Positions 28,952 to 38,756 of a stretch of 64,000 bases of DNA are shown here, one piece after another (positions within the stretch are counted from its first letter, which is position 1; each line of letters starts with the position of its first letter). The notes under the pieces are model-generated. The model ran no database searches. It worked only from the letters and a program-made list of their open reading frames with translations, and had not been told where the DNA came from. The DNA lies in contig CAZOOV010000005.1 of the NCBI GenBank assembly GCA_964581515.1, positions 75,025 through 139,024 on the forward strand, given 5' to 3'. A program made the translations under genes and the position numbers. Source of the stretch: an uncultured Methanosarcinales archaeon. Its GTDB lineage: Archaea; Nanobdellota; Nanobdellia; Woesearchaeales; JACJVV01.

Positions 28952-30763
28952 TTATTTCTTCAACATTATCTCAATCATTGATGAATATGCTGGTCTTGCT
29001 AAAAGAACACCAATACCCACTCCCACCATTGTAGTGATTGCAAACCCTCTTAGGAGTCCTGCACCAGCAAAGTAAAGCGGTACCATTGCACTAAATGTTG
29101 TAAGTCCAGCCACAAATATTATTGAGAAAGCTCTCTTAAGCTTTTGTAACCATGTTAATACCTCTGAAGACTTCTTCAAAGCTTCATCTGTGATGATGAT
29201 AAGATGGTCTACACCAGTCCCTATTACAATGATTATACCTGCAATAGCTGCCATATCCAGTTTCCAATTCATATAAGCTGCAAATCCAAGTAAAATTATC
29301 ATCTCTGAAAGAATAGTTAATATTATTGGAACAACAACATGTATCTTTTTATATACAATAAACATAATCAATACTACTGCTAAAAGTGCTACAAATCCAA
29401 CTAAGATTGCATTATTAAGGAACTCTTTTCCGAGTGAAGCTGAAATTGTATCAGTCTTTGTTAGATTAACAGTTACAGGCAATGAACCAGTCTTCAAAAG
29501 CGTCTGCATTTTCCTCATATTATCAAGAGTAATCTGTTGTGCTTCTTGAGGATTTGATCCTATGCCAGAACCTGAAATCTGTATATCTGTTATTGCTCTT
29601 CCTTTCAAATCTGCACCGATATTTAATGATTCTGTTGGATGGCCATCAAGATAAAAGTCTAGTTTCTGATCAAGATATTGATCTTCTTTTGGAATAACTT
29701 GGCCTTGGTCATTTACAGTGATTACACCTAATTTAGATGTTTCTTCTGCTTGTTTTTCAGCTGCTTCTTGTGAAAGTATTATACCAAACCTATATCTACA
29801 AGAATATAATTCATCATCTACTTGACTACATGGTTTAAAAGGATCAAGCCCTACACCTTCTCCTCCCATCCTTACATTCTTTATACCTTTGTCTCCTGTG
29901 AAAACTGTAACGTTCATTACTTTTGCTTCAAACACCCCTTGTTCCATAACTAATGATTTAACTTCTTCTTGACTAGCTCCTGGAACTTCAACCATAATAT
30001 ATCGTTTACCTGTCAAGTCAAATATAGGTTTTGGCTTGATATTAGATAATCCATAAACGTCTATTCTTCTTGTCATCTGTGTTATTAAAGTACTGAAATC
30101 CTCATCAGAGGTATTTGCTTCTGGTTCTAAAATAACACGTGTTCCTCCAGCAAGATCAAGTCCTTTTTGGATGTTTGAAAATGGTGCATCTATAACCTTT
30201 AAGCCAATATCTTCTACTCCTAGAATATGTTCTATTGTTTTATTTCGTGTAATCTCTTCTTGTAATATCTTATTTATGAATGTACCTGTAGCGTCTGTAA
30301 ATATTTCATAACCCTCATATGTAGAAGTAGCACTTTCATAGGTATCGTTTGCTTCAAAATAAACTTTCTCTGTTTTATTAACAGTTACAGTTTCAAGTTC
30401 TGCTGTTACTTCAACATCTATTATAGGCTGTAATTTTGGGAAATAATCTTTAATATTTGTCCTTATTTGTATAGTATCGTATGGTTGAAGTTTACTTATT
30501 TCATCCAAAGTTGAATAATAATCATCAAGCCCATTTATATCATTACCATTCATAGAATATATTATTTCATAACTCCTAGGTTTAGTACCTTGTTCTGGTA
30601 AAGAAATACCAGCAGTATCTGCGGAACTATTAGCACCTACAAATGTAATAGAAACTCCTTTTGGACTAAGATCGGGATTAATTGCTAAGAGTGAACCAAA
30701 TACGAATAATAAAAGCAAGATAATTCTCCAATTTGTAAATAGTTTCTTTATTTTTCTGTTCAT
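28952..30763 (-). CDS. secD: protein-export membrane protein SecD
   Basis: 603 aa. N-terminal TM, large periplasmic-like domain, C-terminal six-TM bundle; followed by secF on the same strand with a 4-nt overlap. Confidence 0.8.
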   Translation of the reverse strand: MNRKIKKLFTNWRIILLLLFVFGSLLAINPDLSPKGVSITFVGANSSADTAGISLPEQGTKPRSYEIIYSMNGNDINGLDDYYSTLDEISKLQPYDTIQIRTNIKDYFPKLQPIIDVEVTAELETVTVNKTEKVYFEANDTYESATSTYEGYEIFTDATGTFINKILQEEITRNKTIEHILGVEDIGLKVIDAPFSNIQKGLDLAGGTRVILEPEANTSDEDFSTLITQMTRRIDVYGLSNIKPKPIFDLTGKRYIMVEVPGASQEEVKSLVMEQGVFEAKVMNVTVFTGDKGIKNVRMGGEGVGLDPFKPCSQVDDELYSCRYRFGIILSQEAAEKQAEETSKLGVITVNDQGQVIPKEDQYLDQKLDFYLDGHPTESLNIGADLKGRAITDIQISGSGIGSNPQEAQQITLDNMRKMQTLLKTGSLPVTVNLTKTDTISASLGKEFLNNAILVGFVALLAVVLIMFIVYKKIHVVVPIILTILSEMIILLGFAAYMNWKLDMAAIAGIIIVIGTGVDHLIIITDEALKKSSEVLTWLQKLKRAFSIIFVAGLTTFSAMVPLYFAGAGLLRGFAITTMVGVGIGVLLARPAYSSMIEIMLKK

Positions 30764-31779
30764 TCTTGCTTACCTACTTTAGATTTTTCTTTGTTTTCTA
30801 AATACCAACGTAAAATACCTACATTTTGTATCCATGTACTAACTTGGTCAACTAATATCCCAATCAATAAAATAATCATAATCTGTTTTATGACATCTGA
30901 AGATGTTATAGATAAAGCAATCACGATTGCTATAAAAGTTGTAAAGTTCATTAATATGCCTGTTTTGAATGCTGAAAATATCCTTTTTAGGACTGTACCT
31001 TCTTTTCTTTTTAGAACACGGGTAGTAAGAAGAATATCTGTATCAACAGAATACCCAATAAGCATCAAAAATGCTGCAAGACCTGCAGTGGATATATTTA
31101 TACCAATTATGTTCACAATAGCTATTGTAATAACAATATCAGCAACAGCTGCAGCAATTACTGCCACACTCGGAATAAATGTCTTGAATGTTATAGCAAC
31201 AATTATTGCCATAAGTATAAATGAGAACAAAAGAGCAATCATAGTCTGTTTAAAGAATGATTTACCAATACTTGCTCCAACTCCTTCAGTTGAATAATCA
31301 TCTTCTACAACATTGAATTTTTCGCCAATTGCTAAAACAAGAGAGTTAATCGCAGTCTCATCATTAAGATCAAGTCCTGACTCGACAATAAAGGCTATTG
31401 TCCTTCCCCCAGATTGTACATTTCTAACATTTGTAGAAAAACCTTTTTTTGAAAGATGATCTTGCATAAACACTGTATCTACTGGAATTTCAGTAGGAAA
31501 TGATAAAGTAACACCTCCTTTCAAGGAGATATCCCTATTAATAAAATAATGGTCTTCGCTACTTGCAACCTGATATGAAATCTGCACTAAAGCAAGAACA
31601 AATAGTATAAGCGGAATTAACAATAGTAGTTTGTATTTATTAATATATAAATCTGTAAAATAGTTTTGTTTAGATGATTTTGGCTGTTGTGTTGATACTT
31701 CTTCCTGAGTAGAAGGTTGTTGTTCATTTAACAAAAGTTTTTTCTTTTGTCTTAGCCGTTTTTCTGCTCTCTTTGTCAT
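30760..31779 (-). CDS. secF: protein-export membrane protein SecF
   Basis: 339 aa. SecF topology and conserved C-terminal TM bundle; coupled to secD. Confidence 0.8.
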   Translation of the reverse strand: MTKRAEKRLRQKKKLLLNEQQPSTQEEVSTQQPKSSKQNYFTDLYINKYKLLLLIPLILFVLALVQISYQVASSEDHYFINRDISLKGGVTLSFPTEIPVDTVFMQDHLSKKGFSTNVRNVQSGGRTIAFIVESGLDLNDETAINSLVLAIGEKFNVVEDDYSTEGVGASIGKSFFKQTMIALLFSFILMAIIVAITFKTFIPSVAVIAAAVADIVITIAIVNIIGINISTAGLAAFLMLIGYSVDTDILLTTRVLKRKEGTVLKRIFSAFKTGILMNFTTFIAIVIALSITSSDVIKQIMIILLIGILVDQVSTWIQNVGILRWYLENKEKSKVGKQE

Positions 31780-31815
31780 TATAATTCACATATCCTTTAA
31801 ATATATCCTTAATTT

Positions 31816-32172
31816 TTATTCTGAACTCTCTTCATCTTGTTTTAAAGAAAGAATCGCCTTAGCAAGATCGCCGTTAGCATTTTCTATTGCTGTTTTTGCT
31901 TCATCAACAGAAACTCCTGTTTGATCCACAACTGTTTGGACATCTTCCTCATTAATATCAGGCGTTGTATCCAAAGATTGTTCTTCAGGAACACCTACAA
32001 CCTGAAATGTTTCCTGACCCATCATATTGACTTTAGAAACTTCTGGATTATTAAAAACAAGCATCTTATCTGCTGTCTTAATTATCACTTGAGTAGCTTC
32101 GAGTCCAGTCTGTGCTACACCCATACGCTTCATCATTTGTTTCATTTGACGTGAGTTCATTCCTGGAAGCAT
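31816..32172 (-). CDS. nac: nascent polypeptide-associated complex protein (NAC alpha homolog)
   Basis: 118 aa. N-terminal MLPGMNSRQMKQMMKRMGV is the hallmark archaeal NAC start; C-terminal UBA-like segment. Confidence 0.8.
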   Translation of the reverse strand: MLPGMNSRQMKQMMKRMGVAQTGLEATQVIIKTADKMLVFNNPEVSKVNMMGQETFQVVGVPEEQSLDTTPDINEEDVQTVVDQTGVSVDEAKTAIENANGDLAKAILSLKQDEESSE

Positions 32173-32235
32173 TTGTTTTACACCTGTTTTCTGATTTATG
32201 AAATTATTAATATTAATATAAATCTATCTATAAAC

Positions 32236-32409
32236 TTATCCTAGAAGGCCTGCGCCTACTTTATGCAATACTATAATAATTAAAATCACAGCAATGATAA
32301 GAATAACGACATTAATAGGTTTAATACTGAATTTTGTTGTAGATTCTTCAAAATATCTTGTAATACCTGCGCCTGACATAGGCATATTAACTTTATTATC
32401 ACGTGCCAT
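32236..32409 (-). CDS. preprotein translocase subunit Sec61-beta (SecG archaeal type)
   Basis: Not in ORF track (57 aa). Hand translation gives MARDNKVNMPMSGAGITRYFEESTTKFSIKPINVVILIIAVILIIIVLHKVGAGLLG. GAGxxRYFEE plus a single C-terminal TM is the Sec61-beta signature. Confidence 0.65.
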   Translation of the reverse strand: MARDNKVNMPMSGAGITRYFEESTTKFSIKPINVVILIIAVILIIIVLHKVGAGLLG

Positions 32410-32452
32410 TTTTCACTCCTTTTGGTTTTAATCTGATAATCTTAAATAAAGG

Positions 32453-32766
32453 TGTAGGGTGATTATAAGCCACCTTCTGTAGGATGCTTTTAATTCCATA
32501 GGGAATTGATCATCCTTGCTAGCATTTAACTACGCCTCATAATGAGTTGCACCAACAGGGGCTCGCCGTTTCATCTTTTCCTTACCGAAGTCTGCTGTTC
32601 ATTACATGTCGCCATGCTTTTTCAGCTTTCATCCCATTAAATAAGGACAGTGTCGTTTCTGGGCGGTTGCCTTCCATTTCTGGAACTTATCTTACAATAA
32701 GCTGCCATAAGTGGTGGATGGACTTTCCTCAGTTGAAAACCGATAGCTAACTCACCACCCTACAAC
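32453..32766 (-). ncRNA. rnpB: RNase P RNA
   Basis: ~315-nt GC-rich intergenic block. Minus-strand read has CR-I/P4 5' strand GAGGAAAGTCCATCCACC and CR-V/P4 3' strand ACAGAAGGTGGCTTATAA with complementary P4 halves (CCACC/GGTGG). The terminal P1 helix ttgtagggtg pairs with caccctaca. GGTAAGGAAAAG and CAGAAACGAC resemble the CR-II/III regions. Track ORF 32547-32750 lies inside it and is spurious. Confidence 0.75.
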
Positions 32767-32820
32767 TTAGAAGAAATAGATTTTATTTATAAATGTTGTG
32801 GATGAGATAAGGAAGTATTC

Positions 32821-33261
32821 TCACTCATATTCCGTCTTAATTAGCTGCCTAAAAGTAAATCCTTTTAGCTCTGTATCTTTCAAAGAGATTGTATAACCAG
32901 AATTTGTCTCTCTTAAATCTTCAATTGAAAAGAAATGCCACCCTTTTCCTTGAAATTTAACACCTACCCAAGGCTCACAGCCGAATATATGCGAAAATTC
33001 ACGTAGCTCATAAATCTCTTTTTGAGTAAAATACTTCTTAGAATCATCTATTACTTTTATTTCAAGAGCAATTTTCCTTAATGAATTTCCAGCTATTACA
33101 TCTGGACAAGGATATCTTGAACTACCTGACCCTGCTGCCCTAAACGCTGCCCAGTCATTCTTCCAAAACTCATGGATAAGTTCACGTTCTGCTGCTGTAC
33201 CCTTCTGTTTTCGGTTCATATTAAGAATATAGTCTCTATTATTTATTAATGTTTTTTGCAA
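32821..33261 (-). CDS. hjc: Holliday junction resolvase Hjc
   Basis: 146 aa. KGTAAERELIHEF...FRAAGSGS...PDVIAG matches the Hjc nuclease-fold motifs. Confidence 0.8.
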   Translation of the reverse strand: MQKTLINNRDYILNMNRKQKGTAAERELIHEFWKNDWAAFRAAGSGSSRYPCPDVIAGNSLRKIALEIKVIDDSKKYFTQKEIYELREFSHIFGCEPWVGVKFQGKGWHFFSIEDLRETNSGYTISLKDTELKGFTFRQLIKTEYE

Positions 33262-33373
33262 AGATGTCTAGTGAAAAACGAAAGATATAGGGAAGAACAA
33301 GAAAAGAATGAAAATATTTAAAAAGGAGTCATTTTATATTACATATATGTCTATTGCAAAATCACAAAGACTC

Positions 33374-33568
33374 ATGCCGCTTGCTGCTATGGAGAAGATT
33401 ATCTCAGAAGCAGGAGCAGAACGTGTAAGTGAAGATGCAAAACAAGAGCTTAAAAGGATTATTGAAGAGTATTCTATCGCGATAGCAGAAAAAGCTATCA
33501 AATTTGCACAGCATGCTGGAAGAAAAACCATCAAAGCTGATGACATTAAACTTGCTGTGAAAAATTAG
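33374..33568 (+). CDS. archaeal histone (HMf-like)
   Basis: MPLAAMEKIISEAGAERVSEDAKQELKRIIEEYSIAIAEKAIKFAQHAGRKTIKADDIKLAVKN (64 aa) is collinear with HMfB. The ORF track frame begins further upstream at 33308, but the histone fold starts at this internal Met. Confidence 0.85.
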   Translation: MPLAAMEKIISEAGAERVSEDAKQELKRIIEEYSIAIAEKAIKFAQHAGRKTIKADDIKLAVKN

Positions 33569-33638
33569 AAAAAAATTAAATCCATGTTTAATTTATCCTA
33601 AGATTATTATTCTAAGATTCAATTATATATCTTAATAA

Positions 33639-34592
33639 CTACACTTTAATCTTCATTAGATCATAGCCGATAGTTGATTCTGAGAATATCGTGTTTGCTT
33701 CTTCTTGAAGTTCTTTTGAATCTTTATACCTTTGACTAAAATGCGTAAGAACTAGTTTTTTTACATTTGCATTGTTAGCAATAAGTCCTGCTTGTTCAAC
33801 AGTGAGGTGATTGTGCTTTTCTCCTTTCTCCTCGTGTTTAGCTAAGTATGTTGATTCGCATATTAATAAATCTGCATCCTGAGCAATAGTTACCGCATTC
33901 TTTGTATAAGAAGTATCCATAACAATAGAGATAATCTTACCCTGAACAATATATGTCAAATCATCAGCTGAATATTTTGTTTTATTGAAAGTAATAGATT
34001 TTCCTTCTTGCAATTTCCCTAAAAGAGGGCCATCTGGAATTCCAATAGCTTTTACTTTACTTACAGCGATACGTCTCCTATCTTTTTCTATAAACCTATA
34101 TCCTAAAGTAGGGATACCGTGATCCAAAGGAATTGCTTCAAGATAATAATTTTCATCTTCAAAGAACTTTGTTTGTTTTTTTATATCAAGATCCTTTATC
34201 TTTAAATCAATCTTGTCTAAATTACCAAAATAAGTTGATTCCATCAAACACATGAATCTTTTCTTTGTTTCTTTTGGACCATATATTTCTAGGCTTATCT
34301 CTTCTGCACTATTAGAAATTGTCTGAATTAGACCTAAGATTCCTGAAACATGATCACCATGCCAATGACTAATTAGAATCTTTTTGACTTTATTTCGATT
34401 AATATTAGCTATATTCATCTGTCTCTGAGTACCTTCTCCACAGTCAACTAAGATGCCCTCTCCTTGGTACTCTAAGTAGATGCCACTAACATTCCTTTCT
34501 TTTGTTGGAACCATGCATGAAGTCCCTAATAATGTGACATTTATCATTATATAAGTCGAAATATTGGAATATTTAAAAACTTTTATAAACAC
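33639..34592 (-). CDS. rnz: ribonuclease Z (tRNA 3' endonuclease, metallo-beta-lactamase fold)
   Basis: 317 aa. HxHxDH motif ISHWHGDHVSG and downstream His/Asp ligands. Confidence 0.8.
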   Translation of the reverse strand: MFIKVFKYSNISTYIMINVTLLGTSCMVPTKERNVSGIYLEYQGEGILVDCGEGTQRQMNIANINRNKVKKILISHWHGDHVSGILGLIQTISNSAEEISLEIYGPKETKKRFMCLMESTYFGNLDKIDLKIKDLDIKKQTKFFEDENYYLEAIPLDHGIPTLGYRFIEKDRRRIAVSKVKAIGIPDGPLLGKLQEGKSITFNKTKYSADDLTYIVQGKIISIVMDTSYTKNAVTIAQDADLLICESTYLAKHEEKGEKHNHLTVEQAGLIANNANVKKLVLTHFSQRYKDSKELQEEANTIFSESTIGYDLMKIKV

Positions 34593-34613
34593 CTTCAGGA
34601 CTAGTTGTAATAC

Positions 34614-35249
34614 ATGGTAGCAAAGAAGAAGTCTGCAAAAACAGCTGTAAAAACTGCTGTAAAGAAAAATATAAAGGCAGCTGTAAAAACAAGTAAAAGT
34701 ACAGAAGAAGAAGTATCTAAGAGTAAAAAGGCAATAGAAGTATCATTATTAAAAGAAAATGTCATAACAGAATGTTCAAATGAAGCAAGGTTATTATATG
34801 AAAAATCAAGATATGGAACATTACTTGATGATGGTAGAGTGGAGTTAACATTAATTGAAACTTATTATCTGGCTGAAAAGAATAAAATCATTGTTCTAAT
34901 GGGTAAAAAATCCCTTACAAAAGAAACTTTACTAAAAAAGTTCATTAAATTTGAAAAAAACTTCCGAACAAGATATGCAGTATATGCGGATTTTAGAAAT
35001 AGAGGATATATAATTAAAACTGCTCTTAAATTCGGTGCTGATTTTCGCGTTTATGATAAAGGAATCAAACCAGGAGAAGATCACGCAAGATGGATTGTAT
35101 ATCCTGTAAAAGAAACTGGATCTTTAACATGGTATGAATTTGCAGCAAAGAATAGAGTTGCACACTCAACAAAAAAACGTTTGTTGATAGGGGTTGTTGA
35201 TGAAGAGAATTCTGTTACCTATTATGAGGTTAGGTGGACTAGACCATGA
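34614..35249 (+). CDS. endA: tRNA-splicing endonuclease catalytic subunit with Lys/Ala-rich N-terminal extension
   Basis: 211 aa. C-terminal catalytic domain YAVYADFRNRGYIIKTALKFGADFRVY...HARWIVYPV...KRLLIGVV with the Tyr/His/Lys triad. The first ~40 aa are KKSAKTAVKTAVKKNIKAAVKTSK repeats. Confidence 0.8.
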   Translation: MVAKKKSAKTAVKTAVKKNIKAAVKTSKSTEEEVSKSKKAIEVSLLKENVITECSNEARLLYEKSRYGTLLDDGRVELTLIETYYLAEKNKIIVLMGKKSLTKETLLKKFIKFEKNFRTRYAVYADFRNRGYIIKTALKFGADFRVYDKGIKPGEDHARWIVYPVKETGSLTWYEFAAKNRVAHSTKKRLLIGVVDEENSVTYYEVRWTRP

Positions 35250-35761
35250 ATCTTTCTGCTGATGTAGAAAAATTAGTTGATATGTTTAAACAAGATTTTC
35301 GTTTAATCGTTAGAATATTCTTAAACCTTAAAGCAAGATATGAGCATGATGATTCAACAGTACTCAATAAAATAGGCATATTCAAAACATTCTTACTAAA
35401 ATTTAATGAGAAATATAAATCCATTGAAATAATCCTTTGTGAAGAAGATCTTACAGCTGATGATTTTAAGATATTTCTTACAAAATTTAATTCAAAGGAA
35501 GAAATTATCAATAAATATCAACTTGAATCCATTCCTTTAATGATGAAAAAAGATAAAGATAAAGGATTTATACAAGTATTTATGGATTATAGCAAGATAA
35601 GTGATGATATTAATTCAAACTTAACTTTCCTTGGACTATTATGCATTGAGGATATTGACAAAAAGATTGATTTGCGACCACCAAAAGAATTAAAACTACT
35701 ATCATCTGAGATAGACAATGAATTTGCATCATTAAATCAAAGTATGGCAAATAGAGCTTAA
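35246..35761 (+). CDS. hypothetical protein translationally coupled to endA
   Basis: 171 aa; ATGA overlap with the endA stop; no recognisable motifs. Confidence 0.35.
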   Translation: MNLSADVEKLVDMFKQDFRLIVRIFLNLKARYEHDDSTVLNKIGIFKTFLLKFNEKYKSIEIILCEEDLTADDFKIFLTKFNSKEEIINKYQLESIPLMMKKDKDKGFIQVFMDYSKISDDINSNLTFLGLLCIEDIDKKIDLRPPKELKLLSSEIDNEFASLNQSMANRA

Positions 35762-35843
35762 TTTGTGGGCATGATATAGTGCAACAAATTATTAAATCCT
35801 AATCGCAATAAAATATATAAAGAAGGATTTCTTCAGGGTAATT

Positions 35844-36866
35844 ATGTCAGAACAAGGGATTATGAGCTTTCTTGCACAAAATGGGCCAAGTACGCCAGCA
35901 CAATTAGCTAAGCATATAGGCACTACACTTCTTTTTGCATCTGCAATGCTTGGAGAAGTTTCTTCAAAGAAATTAGTCAAAGTAAGTAACCTTAAAATAG
36001 GAGGAGGATCACCGCTTTATTACTTAAAAGAACATGGTGAACAACTGCAGAATTTCTCTGATAAATTAAACTCGAAAGATAAAGAGGCATATGAAATTAT
36101 CAAAACAAAGAAGGTAGTTCGTGATAAAGAACAACCAACTATTGTGAGGGTTGCATTAAGAGCAATAAAGGATTTTGCTGTGCCACTCACTATTGTGCAA
36201 GGAAATGAAAAAGAACTATTCTGGAAATGGTATATGATGAGCGATACTGAAGCTGAACCATTTATACGAAAGATATTAGGGGGAGGAAAGAATAGTCCAA
36301 AAGAAAATCAAAAAGAAGTTAAAGAAAAAATACCAATAACTCCAAAAGCATCAATAAGAGATAATAAAGAAAAGAAAATCGTAAAAAAAGAAGAGAAAAA
36401 ACCAGAAGTCAGAAAAGAAGAAGTAGAAATAATCAAACAAGAACCTAAAAAAACATCACCGATACCAAAGAAAGAACCTATAAACACAGCAGTCAGAGAT
36501 TCACACATCAATGAATTTGGAGGAGATTTAAACTCTGAATTTGAGACAATATGTAAAAATGCCTTTGGAAAAAAGATTACAAATTATTTTAATAGTAAGA
36601 AAATAAAGATACTTAATTATGACCAATTAAAGAAAAATAAAGAATTTTCTTTTGTTCTAAGGGTTCCATCTGCAATAGGAACGTCTAAATTTTTCTCTAA
36701 AGCTGTAGATAAGAAGAAAATTGGTGAAGGGGACCTAGCACTAGCATTAGTCGAAGGTCAACATAAACAATTGCCTGTGCTTTTCATTACAACTGGCGAT
36801 TTAAACAAAAAAACTGAAGAAAAAATCAATATATTATTTAAAGATCTTAATTATATTAAAGTCTAA
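35844..36866 (+). CDS. hypothetical protein with N-terminal winged-helix, Lys/Glu-rich linker and C-terminal domain of unknown function
   Basis: 340 aa. N-terminal IMSFLAQNGPSTPAQLAKHIGTTLLFASAMLGEVSSKKLVKV is wHTH-like; a charged linker spans aa ~150-210; C-terminal ~120 aa uncharacterised. Confidence 0.35.
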   Translation: MSEQGIMSFLAQNGPSTPAQLAKHIGTTLLFASAMLGEVSSKKLVKVSNLKIGGGSPLYYLKEHGEQLQNFSDKLNSKDKEAYEIIKTKKVVRDKEQPTIVRVALRAIKDFAVPLTIVQGNEKELFWKWYMMSDTEAEPFIRKILGGGKNSPKENQKEVKEKIPITPKASIRDNKEKKIVKKEEKKPEVRKEEVEIIKQEPKKTSPIPKKEPINTAVRDSHINEFGGDLNSEFETICKNAFGKKITNYFNSKKIKILNYDQLKKNKEFSFVLRVPSAIGTSKFFSKAVDKKKIGEGDLALALVEGQHKQLPVLFITTGDLNKKTEEKINILFKDLNYIKV

Positions 36867-36867
36867 A

Positions 36868-37905
36868 ATGGGAATTGCATTAAAAGATCTTATTTCTGGA
36901 AGCGAAGTTGAACTTAAATCTTTAGCGAATAAAGTAATATGCATAGATACTTCAATGTTATTATACCAATTTTTGACAACAATAAGACAATCAGATGGAG
37001 GGTATTTTACAGATGAGAAAGGAGGAGTAACTTCTCATCTTATAGGCATAAATTCACGTATAACCAAACTAATTCAATATGGGATAAAATTAATATTTGT
37101 ATTTGATGGAAAAGCACCTGAATTAAAAAAACAAGAACAAGAAAGAAGAAGAGAATTAAAAAAAGAAGCTGAAGTCAAATATAAAGTAGCATTAGAAAAA
37201 AAAGATTTTGCTGAGATGAAGAAATACGCTTCAAGAAGCGTCCGTCTCACTAATGAAATAATTAATGAAACTAAAGAACTTATAGATGCATTTGGTATCC
37301 CTATAGTACAAGCACCAAGTGAAGCTGAAGCACAAGCAAGCCACATTGTAAAGAAAGGGGAGGCATTTGCTGTAGCTACGCAAGATGCAGACGCATTAAT
37401 GTTTGGATGCCCTAAAATAATAAAGAACCTATCACTCGTAGGAAAGCATAAGAGGGCAAATAAGCTAGAATATCAAACATATAAGCCAGAAATCGTTGAA
37501 CTTGGAGAAGTATTGAATAGTATGGGGATAGATCATGAACAACTAATATTACTATCTATTCTTGTAGGAACTGATTTTAATCCAGGCGGAATAAAAGGCA
37601 TAGGACCAAAAAACGCATTAAAAATAGTAAAAGAATACAAAACAAAAGAAAAATTAGTTGAATTTGTAAAAAAGGAAAAAGAGGAAATTAATTTTAATTT
37701 TGATGATGTATATGAAACTGTTAAAAATATACCTGTAACTGACGATTATAATCTTGAATGGAAAAAAGTAGATGGGGATAAAATTAAACAGATATTAATA
37801 GAACAACATGATTTTTCTGAAGAAAGGGTGGAAAAAACGCTTTTAGCGTTAAAAGAATATTCAGAAACAAAAAAACAGAAAAGCTTAGATAGTTTTTTTG
37901 GATAA
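36868..37905 (+). CDS. fen: flap endonuclease 1
   Basis: 345 aa. N-domain GIALKDL...CIDTSMLLYQF, I-domain GIPIVQAPSEAEAQAS, H3TH motif GTDFNPGGIKGIGPKNA. Confidence 0.9.
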   Translation: MGIALKDLISGSEVELKSLANKVICIDTSMLLYQFLTTIRQSDGGYFTDEKGGVTSHLIGINSRITKLIQYGIKLIFVFDGKAPELKKQEQERRRELKKEAEVKYKVALEKKDFAEMKKYASRSVRLTNEIINETKELIDAFGIPIVQAPSEAEAQASHIVKKGEAFAVATQDADALMFGCPKIIKNLSLVGKHKRANKLEYQTYKPEIVELGEVLNSMGIDHEQLILLSILVGTDFNPGGIKGIGPKNALKIVKEYKTKEKLVEFVKKEKEEINFNFDDVYETVKNIPVTDDYNLEWKKVDGDKIKQILIEQHDFSEERVEKTLLALKEYSETKKQKSLDSFFG

Positions 37906-37907
37906 AA

Positions 37908-38756
37908 ATGAAAAAGAATAAAATGAAAAAACCATTGAAATTAAGAGATGTATTAGCTGAAAAACTTACAAAAAAAGAGATGGAATCTGCTCCAAATAGT
38001 TTTGATGTAATTGGAAATATAGCAGTTCTTGAAGTAAAAGAAGAATTAATATCTAAAGAAAAAATAATTGGTGAGGCAATACTTTCTATGCATAAGAATG
38101 TAAACACTGTATGTAAAAGAGCAGGTGAGCATTCAGGCAAATATAGGACACAAAAATTAAAGATAATTGCAGGAAAAAGAACAAAAGAAACAATACATAA
38201 AGAAAGTGGATGCCAATTAAAATTACATATAGAAAAATGCTATTTTTCTTCAAGAAGTGGAACTGAAAGATTGAGAATTGCCAACCAGATTAAGGAAGGA
38301 GAAGAAGTATTAGTGATGTTTTCTGGTATTGGACCTTTTGTGTGTGTTATAGGGAAAAACAGCAAATATAAGAGTATAATAGGGGTTGAATTAAATCCTG
38401 TTGCACATAAATACGCCTCAGAGAATGTTAATCTTAATAAGATTAAAAATTGCGAAATTATAGAAGGCGATGTTAGAAAAGTTGTTCCTAAATTGAATAA
38501 AAAATATGATAGAATAATTATGCCTTTGCCAAGAACTGCTGAGGAATTCCTGGATACTGCTTTACTTGTTGCTAAAAAAGGCACTATGATTCATTTGTAT
38601 GGTTTTTTAGGTGAAGATGAATTTAATGATTATAAGAAAAAAATAAAAAATATATGCAAGGAGAATAATTTTAAAGTGGATATTAAAGAGCTTGTCAAAT
38701 GTGGGCAATTTTCACCACGTGTATTTCGAATATGTGTGGATTTTGAGGTAGTGTAA
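37908..38756 (+). CDS. Trm5/Taw2-family tRNA (guanine-37) methyltransferase
   Basis: 282 aa. FDVIGNIAVL, ERLRIA, MFSGIGPF (SAM motif I), GVELNP, IMPLP (NLP-type motif IV). Confidence 0.7.
   Translation: MKKNKMKKPLKLRDVLAEKLTKKEMESAPNSFDVIGNIAVLEVKEELISKEKIIGEAILSMHKNVNTVCKRAGEHSGKYRTQKLKIIAGKRTKETIHKESGCQLKLHIEKCYFSSRSGTERLRIANQIKEGEEVLVMFSGIGPFVCVIGKNSKYKSIIGVELNPVAHKYASENVNLNKIKNCEIIEGDVRKVVPKLNKKYDRIIMPLPRTAEEFLDTALLVAKKGTMIHLYGFLGEDEFNDYKKKIKNICKENNFKVDIKELVKCGQFSPRVFRICVDFEVV

Noticed and set aside
32547-32750. 67-aa plus-strand ORF from the six-frame track
   Set aside because: Lies entirely within the RNase P RNA gene (opposite strand), in GC-rich structured sequence; no coding features.
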